Assembly (NCBI GenBank): GCA_041736175.1
Contig: JBGSUI010000019.1
Location: 1 to 56,028, forward strand
DNA from: Oligoflexales bacterium
Lineage (GTDB): Bacteria > Bdellovibrionota_B > Oligoflexia > Oligoflexales > CAIYRB01
DNA: 56,028 nt
Reading direction: 5' to 3'
Part shown: positions 1-8,647 of the stretch, in pieces
How the letters are laid out: the number at the start of each line of letters is the position of its first letter
How positions within the stretch are numbered: the stretch's first letter is position 1
Position numbers and translations under genes: made by a program
Notes under the pieces: generated by a model
The model's database searches: none
Seen by the model: the letters and a program-made list of their open reading frames with translations, nothing else
What the model was told of the DNA's origin: nothing

Positions 1-426
1 AAGGCTGAAAGGGCTAAACAGAGACAGGAAAAGAAGGAGCAGGGGAAGAGCTCCGACAAGGGTGTCGCCCCGGGACGAACGCCGCCCGAAGCGGTGGTCC
101 CGGTAACCTCGGTCCCGGATTCAGCGACTCCAGAGGGAACACCAGCTACGAAAAAACACAGGTCTGCAATCCCCATGGCCGTTCGCCACGAAGTGTGGTC
201 CCGGGACGACGGACGCTGCACTTGGACGGAGGTGGATGGGAGTCGTTGCAAGGAAAAGTTTAACTTAGAACTCGATCACGTCCAGACGATGCACTGTCAT
301 GGGGGTACCCACGACGTAGAAAATCTTGCCCTTACCTGCCGGCGTCATAATCAGCTTTCTGCAAGGGAAAAGCTAGGAGAAGAGTTCTGGGCAAAAAAGA
401 GGCAGGAGTGGGACCTAACTCTCTAG
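1..426 (+). CDS. HNH endonuclease, C-terminal part (5'-truncated by the window edge)
   Basis: Frame 1 is open from base 1 (KAERAKQRQEKK...) into the 94..426 ORF. Motif IPMAVRHEVWSRDDGRC..RC..LELDHV..GG..NLALTCRRHN is a zinc-finger HNH. Confidence 0.85.
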   Translation, partial: KAERAKQRQEKKEQGKSSDKGVAPGRTPPEAVVPVTSVPDSATPEGTPATKKHRSAIPMAVRHEVWSRDDGRCTWTEVDGSRCKEKFNLELDHVQTMHCHGGTHDVENLALTCRRHNQLSAREKLGEEFWAKKRQEWDLTL

Positions 427-432
427 GGGGCG

Positions 433-450
433 GTTCGCCCCGGGGCGGAC
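433..450. repeat. GC-rich palindrome GTTCGCCCCGGGGCGGAC, with a related copy at 63-80 inside the HNH gene
   Basis: Perfect 12-bp palindromic core CGCCCCGGGGCG at 436-447. The copy at 63-80 is TGTCGCCCCGGGACGAAC. Confidence 0.7.
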
Positions 451-712
451 GACTCCGAGTGACTACTCATCAGAAGAGCGGACGAAAGTAAGGCTGCGGG
501 CCGCTTTTCCAGGACTGAGCCAAAATCGTTGTTTGAGGCTGTGTTAGCAAGTGTCGACATGCCAAGACGCCCCAAGTCTCCGCCGAGAAGGAGAGTGCGG
601 AAAAATTCCGCTTTGGATGCTGGGATTTCTTGAAAGGACCTATAAACTGGGTGAGGATTTTTAAAAGGAATCTTTTGAGCGGATGTGTCGGGATCGGCAC
701 TACAGCACCACC

Positions 713-2095
713 CTAAGGCGTCCCAAACTCTACCTGCCACCAGCGCTGGAAATCCGCACAGGGACTCGCGGCTGCGTTGGCGCAGGACTGCCCACCCCCG
801 TGGACTGCACCGTTGGTCTGGGCAGCCTTGTTGATCAACTGGTTGTTGGTAGCGGTACCTCCCTTGGCCGGTGAGGGAGCAATCATAGAATAAAACTGTT
901 GTTCGTAGCTGATGGTATGGCACCCTCCGCAGCCACCCATACGCCCTTGGACGTTGGCAGCATAAAAATCCCGTCCAGCTTGGGAAAAAGCATAGGCCGT
1001 GTACTTGGTTCCCAGGGTGCTGAGGGGTCGCTCTTCGGTGCCGATCAAGGCGTAGGCAAAAATCTCCCGCGGTTTACCGTTTCGAAAAGCCTCTGGCAAA
1101 TCGATACTAAATGCATGGTCCCCTGTTTGGTTGCCATCGTCCCCCGGTTTATCGGCCATCGTTGTACCAGCAGACACGCCAGTCCCTTTCGGGCCATCCA
1201 CATAAAAATTGACCTGGACGGCGATATTTAGATTTTGTGGGTCAAAGGCATAGCCATAAACCCGACCGAGGGAGGTGATATCCGTGACCCGTCCCAACTG
1301 GACAGATCCTGGAGGTGGTGCGCCTTTTTCGGCGATCCACCATTCAACAAGTTCTTTGCAGGGAGACTGGGTTTTGCCTCCCTGGCATCGGTCACCACCG
1401 GTATGGGCTTCGATATTGCGCACACGGTTCCACAGCCTATTGTCTTCGGGCCCACCACCCATATCAAGCATGGCTTTCATAGAGGGATATGAATAGATGG
1501 AAAGGGGCGCTCGCACTTCTGCGGGCTGCCTGGGATCCGCATGGCAGCTCACGCAGAGACTCCTAAAAGACGGGAGGACCTGGTTGGTAAACAAACTTTC
1601 AGGATTCGGTGTCCCGTCAGGAGGTGGATTGGTCGCCGGGTCTGAGTTTGGCCCTGGACTTGGTTTTGGAGTGGGGCTTCCGCTCCCTGGCCCCTGGCTT
1701 TGGGTCGGGTCCCCCGGGACCTGCCCTGGGGAGCCCGTCGTGTTCGGGGTAGTCCCGTCTTTTGAGGGTTGATTGGACGCTGTGGTTTTACCGGTATTCG
1801 TCGCGGTGTTTTTAGATTTTTTCCCATCGATTTCTTTGGCATCAGCATCGGCACCTAATGGGGTGCCGTTATCACCGACCACCGCTTGCTTAGCCCCATA
1901 GGGTGATCGTTGATCTGTGACCTGGTCTTTTGTACCGCAGTGTGCTAAAAAAGGGCTCCCCAACCATAGAGTCACCCATAAGCCCCGCAGATCGCAGCCT
2001 CTAAAAGTCACGGGCTTATCTTGAGATTCCTTCTCGAGATGATTTGGGTTATATCTTGGACAATCTTCTTCGATCTTGGGGAGCTTAAAATTCAT
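713..2095 (-). CDS. Dihaem c-type cytochrome, probable lipoprotein, with two repeated cytochrome modules flanking an Ig-like domain
   Basis: CVSCH (1541-1555) and CGGCH (917-931), each followed by HxGG..C-x7-PC..WW. Pro/Gly/Thr linker, FLAHC lipobox-like motif, and ATGA overlap with the upstream gene. Confidence 0.75.
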   Translation of the reverse strand: MNFKLPKIEEDCPRYNPNHLEKESQDKPVTFRGCDLRGLWVTLWLGSPFLAHCGTKDQVTDQRSPYGAKQAVVGDNGTPLGADADAKEIDGKKSKNTATNTGKTTASNQPSKDGTTPNTTGSPGQVPGDPTQSQGPGSGSPTPKPSPGPNSDPATNPPPDGTPNPESLFTNQVLPSFRSLCVSCHADPRQPAEVRAPLSIYSYPSMKAMLDMGGGPEDNRLWNRVRNIEAHTGGDRCQGGKTQSPCKELVEWWIAEKGAPPPGSVQLGRVTDITSLGRVYGYAFDPQNLNIAVQVNFYVDGPKGTGVSAGTTMADKPGDDGNQTGDHAFSIDLPEAFRNGKPREIFAYALIGTEERPLSTLGTKYTAYAFSQAGRDFYAANVQGRMGGCGGCHTISYEQQFYSMIAPSPAKGGTATNNQLINKAAQTNGAVHGGGQSCANAAASPCADFQRWWQVEFGTP

Positions 2096-3645
2096 GGCTT
2101 TTTCTCCAGTTTTTCAAATGAAAAGCTAAACTGATCCAAATCTGGTCCCTTGTCTTTTACGGCGATCAACGCGGCGGTGGACAGCACGGATCCCGGCGAG
2201 GCCACGGACGTATCCACCGTGGTATAGGTGGCGTTTTGGGGCAGATATTTGCCATTGACCAGCAGCTTTAGCCCCTTCACATTGACAGCTCCAGAAGCTA
2301 ACACAAGCTTTGGATTTTTAAACATATATGCATTTGGAGAATAATCAATAACATCGACCGTGAGCTTTGTCCCTGGTATTCCTGCCATTTCACTCACATC
2401 AAAAGCTAGTGTCTTAACTTCTTTAGGCGCGATTTTAACGTTATTAGGATCGATACTAGGATCAGAGGTTAAGATAAGAGAGTCTAACTTGGTTTGTTCC
2501 TGGCGCTGCCGGATCTCTACTTTATGTTTACCAGGGGTCAAATTAAAGACATGGGGCGTACCCACGGCTGCAGCAGCATCGGCGACGTCAAAGACGTAGT
2601 TAGCCGCCGAAGCAGGAAAATCCCACAACAGGAGAGGATTCGCATCCATCTTGATATAAAAGGAGCTATTGCCATTGGCAGGGGCATTGATTTTGCCGAT
2701 CAACTGATAAGTACCGGCTTCGAGCACATCAAAATCAAAGGTGATCCCTCCTAGAGTTGCCTGGGTTTCTGCAGTGGCGATATTAGCTTGGTTACCGGCC
2801 CCGGCAGCCGTATGAACCACCATACCTCCGCCAGTTCCAGGGACAGCAAGGGCCACCATCGGAGCCTTTAAAACCCCTGCTTCTGCCTCAAAAAGCATCA
2901 CTCCTGGAGGTAGACCAGAATCCATACGCTTCGACTCAGGATTGGCCATAGTGACCGTGCCCGTCGTGAGAGTTTGCTGGCCTGCAGGCGCCGTCTTAAC
3001 GGAGTCACCAACCTCTTTACTCCACGCTTCTATCGCGGTTTGAAACTCTTTTGCAGCGACATCGCAGCCCTGTGCGGGGCAACGGTGTTGGTCAGGCAGC
3101 ATCCTTAAGATCAGTCGGGATTTGGCCACCTCTGTAAAGTCGACTTTATGGGAAGAAAGCACAGTATCGTGGGCTAAAGCCACATTTTCGCTTGCAAACA
3201 CCGGTGCCACGATCGAATCATGACACCCCTGAGCGCAGGCTTTTCGCGCTAATGGATAGACCGTTTTTTCATAGGATTTTACCGAATCCGTAAGACTCGC
3301 CGGTGTTGGGGGGGGAGGAGGAACAGGTGAAGGGTTGTTCCCATTGGAGCCATCGGTGTTTGGCGGTTGATCACTAGACCCCGAGGAATCCCCTCCACCG
3401 GACTGGGGACCTGGTTTTGTAGGGTCTAAGACACCACCTGCTTCTCCCAGTGCGTCCTCGCCCTCCAAGGTGTCATCGACGTTGATACCTGATTGTTCGG
3501 TGACACTCACTTGCCGCAAGTTGATAGATTTTGGGCCACCTTGTTTTGAGCCGCCGCATCCGATAGGGAGGCTAAGAATTAAGCTAAAACTTGATATCAT
3601 ATGTATGACCGAAAAACGGGTAGATTGCATAGTACTAAACCTCAC
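2092..3645 (-). CDS. Lipoprotein with a CX3CH cytochrome-like module, a CBM-like beta-sandwich and a C-terminal beta domain
   Basis: Signal peptide ending LPIGC. CAQGCH at 3220-3237. FEAEAG...GTYQL...SFYIKMD...GKHKVEIRQR...LDSLIL resembles a CBM6/35-type jelly roll. Confidence 0.7.
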   Translation of the reverse strand: MRFSTMQSTRFSVIHMISSFSLILSLPIGCGGSKQGGPKSINLRQVSVTEQSGINVDDTLEGEDALGEAGGVLDPTKPGPQSGGGDSSGSSDQPPNTDGSNGNNPSPVPPPPPTPASLTDSVKSYEKTVYPLARKACAQGCHDSIVAPVFASENVALAHDTVLSSHKVDFTEVAKSRLILRMLPDQHRCPAQGCDVAAKEFQTAIEAWSKEVGDSVKTAPAGQQTLTTGTVTMANPESKRMDSGLPPGVMLFEAEAGVLKAPMVALAVPGTGGGMVVHTAAGAGNQANIATAETQATLGGITFDFDVLEAGTYQLIGKINAPANGNSSFYIKMDANPLLLWDFPASAANYVFDVADAAAAVGTPHVFNLTPGKHKVEIRQRQEQTKLDSLILTSDPSIDPNNVKIAPKEVKTLAFDVSEMAGIPGTKLTVDVIDYSPNAYMFKNPKLVLASGAVNVKGLKLLVNGKYLPQNATYTTVDTSVASPGSVLSTAALIAVKDKGPDLDQFSFSFEKLEKKP

Positions 3646-3707
3646 TCTGTGAAGAGATATTCATCAAGCCATGATTGGGTCAGACCCAATCATGGCCGAC
3701 ACATGGA

Positions 3708-5192
3708 CTACATAATCTTGGCAAAAGCTAAATGCTTTTCTAACTCTGAGCCAAAGGGATTGTCACCGACGATTTTTGCTAGATCACCTTCACGTCCGGT
3801 AAGAGCCAGATAGTTGGCGATAAAGGCTTTGGTGGTGAGTTCAGGGGCATTGCTGATTTTAGCGGCAGTCCCATCAACAGACCCACCTGCCTTAAAAGCA
3901 CCTATCTGGCGTTTGGTGCCGCGCATAGCCGGGCGACCTGCTGCACCCGGTTTATAGACCAACGCAAACGTAGAGGATCTTTCTCCGCTATCTGAGGTAA
4001 AAGCCAAGAGTCCATTGGCATCAGCTGCACCGCCGGCGTTAGCACTGACTCCCCCGTCCGTGTAAACATAAACCATAACTGGTTTTTGTTTTTTTGCAGC
4101 TAGCTCTAAAACTCGGCCAATCATCTGTCCAGCAGCTTGGTCTTTGGTGTTTTGGGTCGCCCGTCCCTGACCGTGGTAGTCATAGCCGCCCATTTCGATA
4201 ACCCCTGCTCCCGCATATCCATCGAGGACTAACTTAGCGATCGAAGCTGCCCGGGCCTGGTCAGCATTAGTCATGGTAAAGGTCGAGGTCACGAGAGGGT
4301 CAGCACTAGGATTAAGGGCGGTTGCAGAAAATTTGCTGAGGAAATCAGAGCTATTGATATAGCCGCATTTGATCAAATCTTGTACTTGGGTTGGGAGATC
4401 TTGCTGTTGAAACATCTTAAGTTTGGAATCACTCATCAATTTGGTAGCAGCGAGGATTTTTTTAACATCAGCAACACCACGGTCAGCATTGGCACCGACG
4501 GCAAGAATCTCTGCCATTTTACCTGGGTTAACGAGGCCGACCGTGTCAGCAGGAGTGGTGATACGGGAGGGAGATTTAGAAGGATCGATAGAAGCTGCAG
4601 GTGCTGCGGATCTTCCTCCAGAGGCGCCATCGGAGGTGCCCACAAATGATACAAGTTCTCCAGGAGCGCCGGCTTTGACGACCCAATAAAGGGGGTTTAA
4701 CGGATTACCTCGGCTGTCATCCCCCGAGGTCGCAGCAAACAGAGCACCGTCGATATTAGCTTGGGTGGCTGGAGTGGTCACAGCTTTCATTCCGACCAAC
4801 ATTTGGCTGCGGGCATGGAAGGCAAGACCAAAGGTGGTGTCCGGGGCAACCGTTTGGGGTTCAGCAGCTGCGGAAACTCCAATCGTTGCATAGCTGCCGG
4901 CTGGGAGAAAATCCAGCTGGCCGTTTTGGCCACCGACGACCACATTGCTACCAGCGAGGTTTGCACCGCCGGCAAGGTCGATCACAATCACGGGAATCGC
5001 CGCAGCACCGGAGGCCACAGGTGCACACACTGGTTCTGCACCCATTGCATGCCGGCTGAGCATGGCGAGGATACTTGGGGCGGCAACGTAGCCTGCCGAG
5101 GAGATAAATCCTTGGGAGACAAGCTGGCGGCGCGATACGGGTTTGGCGTGATTTTCGTGATAATAAGGCTTATTTTTGTATTGGTCTGACAT
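3708..5192 (-). CDS. Tat-exported DUF1501-like protein
   Basis: Twin-arginine SRRQLV followed by a hydrophobic segment. IVIDLAGG near the N-terminus, GGYDYH and VYVYTDGG motifs resemble the DUF1501 (alkaline-phosphatase-like) group. Confidence 0.65.
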   Translation of the reverse strand: MSDQYKNKPYYHENHAKPVSRRQLVSQGFISSAGYVAAPSILAMLSRHAMGAEPVCAPVASGAAAIPVIVIDLAGGANLAGSNVVVGGQNGQLDFLPAGSYATIGVSAAAEPQTVAPDTTFGLAFHARSQMLVGMKAVTTPATQANIDGALFAATSGDDSRGNPLNPLYWVVKAGAPGELVSFVGTSDGASGGRSAAPAASIDPSKSPSRITTPADTVGLVNPGKMAEILAVGANADRGVADVKKILAATKLMSDSKLKMFQQQDLPTQVQDLIKCGYINSSDFLSKFSATALNPSADPLVTSTFTMTNADQARAASIAKLVLDGYAGAGVIEMGGYDYHGQGRATQNTKDQAAGQMIGRVLELAAKKQKPVMVYVYTDGGVSANAGGAADANGLLAFTSDSGERSSTFALVYKPGAAGRPAMRGTKRQIGAFKAGGSVDGTAAKISNAPELTTKAFIANYLALTGREGDLAKIVGDNPFGSELEKHLAFAKIM

Positions 5193-5237
5193 AATGGCAC
5201 CTTTCTTTTTAGATTCAAGTTTTTGAAGTGGTTATGG

Positions 5238-6116
5238 TTAGTAAAGGGTTACAGGAGCACTGGAAAGCACACCGGCACAGGTCCCGGTGACGATCCCAGG
5301 GGTTTGGGTTGCGACCGTAAGATCGCGGCCCGTGAGGAGGTCATCGATCAGGGTGACTACCAAAGTTACGTTTTCGGTGTGCGGCGAAAGATTGGAGAGG
5401 TTTTTTCCCCAAAATTTGCTCACCAGAGAGTCGGCAAGAGCCTTTTTGGTATCAGGGGTAAACGCAGCGTTAGGAGCTGCTGCAAAGTTAAAGGTGCCAA
5501 ACACGGTCGCCCTTAGGGCCGCATCTTTCACAAGGACATCGCAGTATTCTACGGCGAGCTTAAAGATGGTGACTTGGTGGGACCCAATAAAGCCCTTAAC
5601 ATCATTATCCGTGGGGAGAGAGGTCGCTTGGGCCGTATAAAACGCTGCCACCTGGGCGTTGGTGGTGGGCACTCCCGTAAGAGCGCTCATCGTTGCATTG
5701 ATCTGCGCAAAATTTCGAATCCCGGTTTTTGCGAAGATTTTTTGGACTTCAGGCTCTTTGGGAGGCATCCCTGGAGCTTGGGGTGCGTTAGCATCTCCGG
5801 GCCCTTGGCCATTACCTTGTGGCTGGTCGGGACTTGTTGACCCTTGATCTCCAGGCTCAGTGGGTGCTGATGGATCGGAGGGAGTTTGAGATTGTTCGCC
5901 AGAGGATTCACCATCGGTGGATTCGATATCTTCTGGGTCTCCACCTTGGTCAGAAGTAGCCTCTGCCTCGGATCCCAAGACTTTTTTAGGATTGAGGCTC
6001 GAAGTATCCACTCCTATGGGCTTGCCGCCTCCACCACCTGAGCCGCAGGCGACGACTACGGACAGACCTGATACCTTGATGACATTTAAGAGTTCTTTGT
6101 TGATCTTGATTTTCAT
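5238..6116 (-). CDS. Lipoprotein of unknown function with a helical C-terminal domain
   Basis: VVAC lipobox, acidic/Pro linker, then GIRNFAQINATMSALTGV...LAVEYCD. Operonic spacing to neighbours. Confidence 0.75.
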   Translation of the reverse strand: MKIKINKELLNVIKVSGLSVVVACGSGGGGGKPIGVDTSSLNPKKVLGSEAEATSDQGGDPEDIESTDGESSGEQSQTPSDPSAPTEPGDQGSTSPDQPQGNGQGPGDANAPQAPGMPPKEPEVQKIFAKTGIRNFAQINATMSALTGVPTTNAQVAAFYTAQATSLPTDNDVKGFIGSHQVTIFKLAVEYCDVLVKDAALRATVFGTFNFAAAPNAAFTPDTKKALADSLVSKFWGKNLSNLSPHTENVTLVVTLIDDLLTGRDLTVATQTPGIVTGTCAGVLSSAPVTLY

Positions 6117-6142
6117 AGTTTTTTCCTCTATTTCAGTGTTTA

Positions 6143-7312
6143 TTACTTACTGCAATGAATGGCGGCATCAGCATAGACGCCTTTAAGGTCATAGTTGTTT
6201 TGTTTAAACGATTTGGCAATTTCGCTGACAGCTAGGATGTCGTCAGCGTTGACGACTGGACGAATACACAGGGCTTCCACTGCTTTTTTAGCCATGCAGG
6301 TCGCAAAGGCATCGGTGTTGGTAAGAGCCTCGCCAAGGGATTTGGCTCCCTTGCCATCGCTCGCTCCAGCCCAACCCACGTTGACGTTTTGGCCTTGGGT
6401 CCAAAGATTGGTCCAAGAATCATCGGTCGTCACAAATCCATCGGGAAACTCCGTAGCATTCCGGTTCATTTTAGGTTGCACGGTTCCTGCCGTATAGAGC
6501 AAGGTGCCGTTAACATCATTAAAATCATAAAAGGCAAAAGCTCCGCCAAGACCGTCCATCCCTGAATGACATCCTGCACAACGGTTTCTAAACAAACTGC
6601 TATCTCCACCAGGTGCCCGGGTCACATCGCGTCGAATTCTAAAGTCTGGTCGCGTGGTATCTTGGAGGGTGTCGAGTGGTTTGCACAAAAAATTCTCCAG
6701 TGAAAAAGCAAGGGCTCTCCGATTGGTACCAGCTTTGTAAAAAGCATCACCGAAACCCCGGGTGGATAACACGCCAGCAATCGCTGCAGCAGGCAAAGCG
6801 CCGGTTTGTTGGGACTGGGTCTGACGGGTTAAAGCCGTTTGGAGCGGGGCAGCTTGGGTGTCCAAAAACTGGTAGTGATTGTTGTTTGCCAAGGAATAGG
6901 CCGGGACTCCGGTGGTTGTCCCTGTATAGAGAATATCCCCTGACAGCACTTGGTTAAAAGGAATGCTATCACGCACCATTCCAATCACTGTGGCGGTAAA
7001 ATCATTCAGCGGAACTCTCGGACTGTTGTCGGGATTTGTCCACCGAGAAACCACGTCTTTTAGGGTAACGTTATAGAAACTCCCCCGTGGATCGTTGATA
7101 GCTGCAAGAGCCGCACCGCGAAGATCTCCCGCAGCGACCAGAGCTTCGAGTTGGTCTAGCCTCTCTGCGGACGGTGGGATACCGTTAAGACGGTTGAAAA
7201 TCTGAACCGCTGTGTCTCTTGGAGTCGAAAGGCCGATTTCAGACCAAGATAGGTAGGCCGCAAGGGCATACCCAATAGAACGCACCACACTGATGAAAGC
7301 TCTCTGTCTCAT
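6143..7312 (-). CDS. Secreted monohaem protein (DUF1585/DUF1588-like)
   Basis: N-terminal signal-like segment, CAGCH..MD.L..AF (6566-6580) and C-terminal FATCMAKK..YDLKGVY. First gene of the operon, with a GGGAG RBS. Confidence 0.7.
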   Translation of the reverse strand: MRQRAFISVVRSIGYALAAYLSWSEIGLSTPRDTAVQIFNRLNGIPPSAERLDQLEALVAAGDLRGAALAAINDPRGSFYNVTLKDVVSRWTNPDNSPRVPLNDFTATVIGMVRDSIPFNQVLSGDILYTGTTTGVPAYSLANNNHYQFLDTQAAPLQTALTRQTQSQQTGALPAAAIAGVLSTRGFGDAFYKAGTNRRALAFSLENFLCKPLDTLQDTTRPDFRIRRDVTRAPGGDSSLFRNRCAGCHSGMDGLGGAFAFYDFNDVNGTLLYTAGTVQPKMNRNATEFPDGFVTTDDSWTNLWTQGQNVNVGWAGASDGKGAKSLGEALTNTDAFATCMAKKAVEALCIRPVVNADDILAVSEIAKSFKQNNYDLKGVYADAAIHCSK

Positions 7313-7710
7313 AAATACACTCCCCTCTCTATCGAATTGTTAGTCACAAAAACCCTCTAAGAAAGAACCTGCTAGCAATGGCTTTTTTCCAGTTTTTTTC
7401 CGACAGTCTAACTAAGACGTCGAAATCAACAGGAGGGGACTCGGACTTATTACGAAAAACATAAATATTTTTTTTGGAACAACCTATATCCTAAACAATG
7501 CTGTTTAGTTATCGTGGTTTCAAAAAGGCTGGAAAAAGGTGGAGCTAAGATGGAGTTTTTTAGATAGTCGGTATTTCACAGGCAAAGATGGCCAATTTTA
7601 GTAAAAAAATATTGATTTTGACCCTTGCGCTTGAGCCAAGCATGGATATCTTTAAACGCAAGAACGCGATCGCCGGAGGCGACCGCGAAACTGTTACTAT
7701 AGGCAAGATT

Positions 7711-8202
7711 CTATTGAATCTCGCGGATGGTGATCCTACCATCTGACGTGGGTTTGACGAGGATGATTAACACCCTGCCCGTGGGATCAACACCACACTG
7801 GTCAACCAAAAATCCCTCGCCTCGATCCTTTGGATTTTGTGGATTCCCCAGGGCTTGATCGAGAATAGCGACGATTTGGAATCCAGTCTCTACAAACTTT
7901 TGTTGAATTCCATTGCGATCACAGGGAAAATCACCGATTTTATATTCGGTCGAGCAGACAGCCTTGCGGCGATCAAACACCATTCCAGCCTCTCGACACT
8001 CTATAAAGGCAGGGGTTTCGAGTTTAGCAAGAAACTCCTCATCCTCTGGAGTCCGTTTTTGGAGGTCATCAGCTCTTTGAGTCGCCACCGGTGAGGCAAA
8101 GGTGTCTTTTCGACGGTCGATCACTTCGGGCTCGCCACCACAGCCTGGAAGCACGCAAAGGCTTCCCATCAGTAAAAAGCCATTTAATGTGAATGCATTC
8201 AT
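7711..8202 (-). CDS. Hypothetical Cys-containing lipoprotein
   Basis: Signal peptide with LPGC lipobox and four further Cys. Confidence 0.65.
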   Translation of the reverse strand: MNAFTLNGFLLMGSLCVLPGCGGEPEVIDRRKDTFASPVATQRADDLQKRTPEDEEFLAKLETPAFIECREAGMVFDRRKAVCSTEYKIGDFPCDRNGIQQKFVETGFQIVAILDQALGNPQNPKDRGEGFLVDQCGVDPTGRVLIILVKPTSDGRITIREIQ

Positions 8203-8553
8203 CTCGCACCATCCTTTTTTAATGACTCTCGGTATCGGTTTACTGCCGGTGGAATCATCTCCATATGTGGATTGTCTTCCCTAACCCACTTGCGACCTCA
8301 GCCTGTGCCACCCTATGGTTCGGAATCCCCTAGCCCAACTTAACACTGGTCTCCTAGGTCCTGGCTTTCTGCCTTCATTACGGGATCTTTGACTGGGAAA
8401 TCCGAGCTTGAATTCAAAGACACATTGACCCGTATTTTAAAAAACAAGTCATTTTGGTTTGGTCAGTTTGTAATAATGGTAAATTTATATCCCTAATCAT
8501 AGCCTGTTACCTATTATGTTTGACAATCCAGCTAGCGATTCCATTTGGTTCCT

Positions 8554-8580
8554 TAAATTTATCAGACAACCTACCGAGTG
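8554..8580 (+). promoter_or_regulatory. Candidate sigma28/FliA-like promoter
   Basis: TAAA-N15-ACCGAGTG against consensus TAAA-N15-GCCGATAA, upstream of the 8648 gene. Confidence 0.35.
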
Positions 8581-8647
8581 ATGCCTGCCAGCCTTGTGGG
8601 CTGTCGCTAGATCCCTCGAGACCATAAAGGTGACACCTTAGGAGACC

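Noticed and set aside
461..492. Hammerhead-like words (CTGATGAG on the minus strand; CAGAAGAG..CGAAA on the plus strand)
   Set aside because: The core elements are not in one correctly ordered strand with stems I-III, so this is most likely chance.
423..923. 166-aa minus-strand ORF
   Set aside because: It overlaps the 3' end of the cytochrome gene in another frame, has no motif, and its composition is not protein-like.
3708..5192. Possible 'GspF' label, which I recall being attached to similar proteins
   Set aside because: It lacks the multi-TM GspF/PilC architecture, has a Tat leader, and has no T2SS genes nearby.
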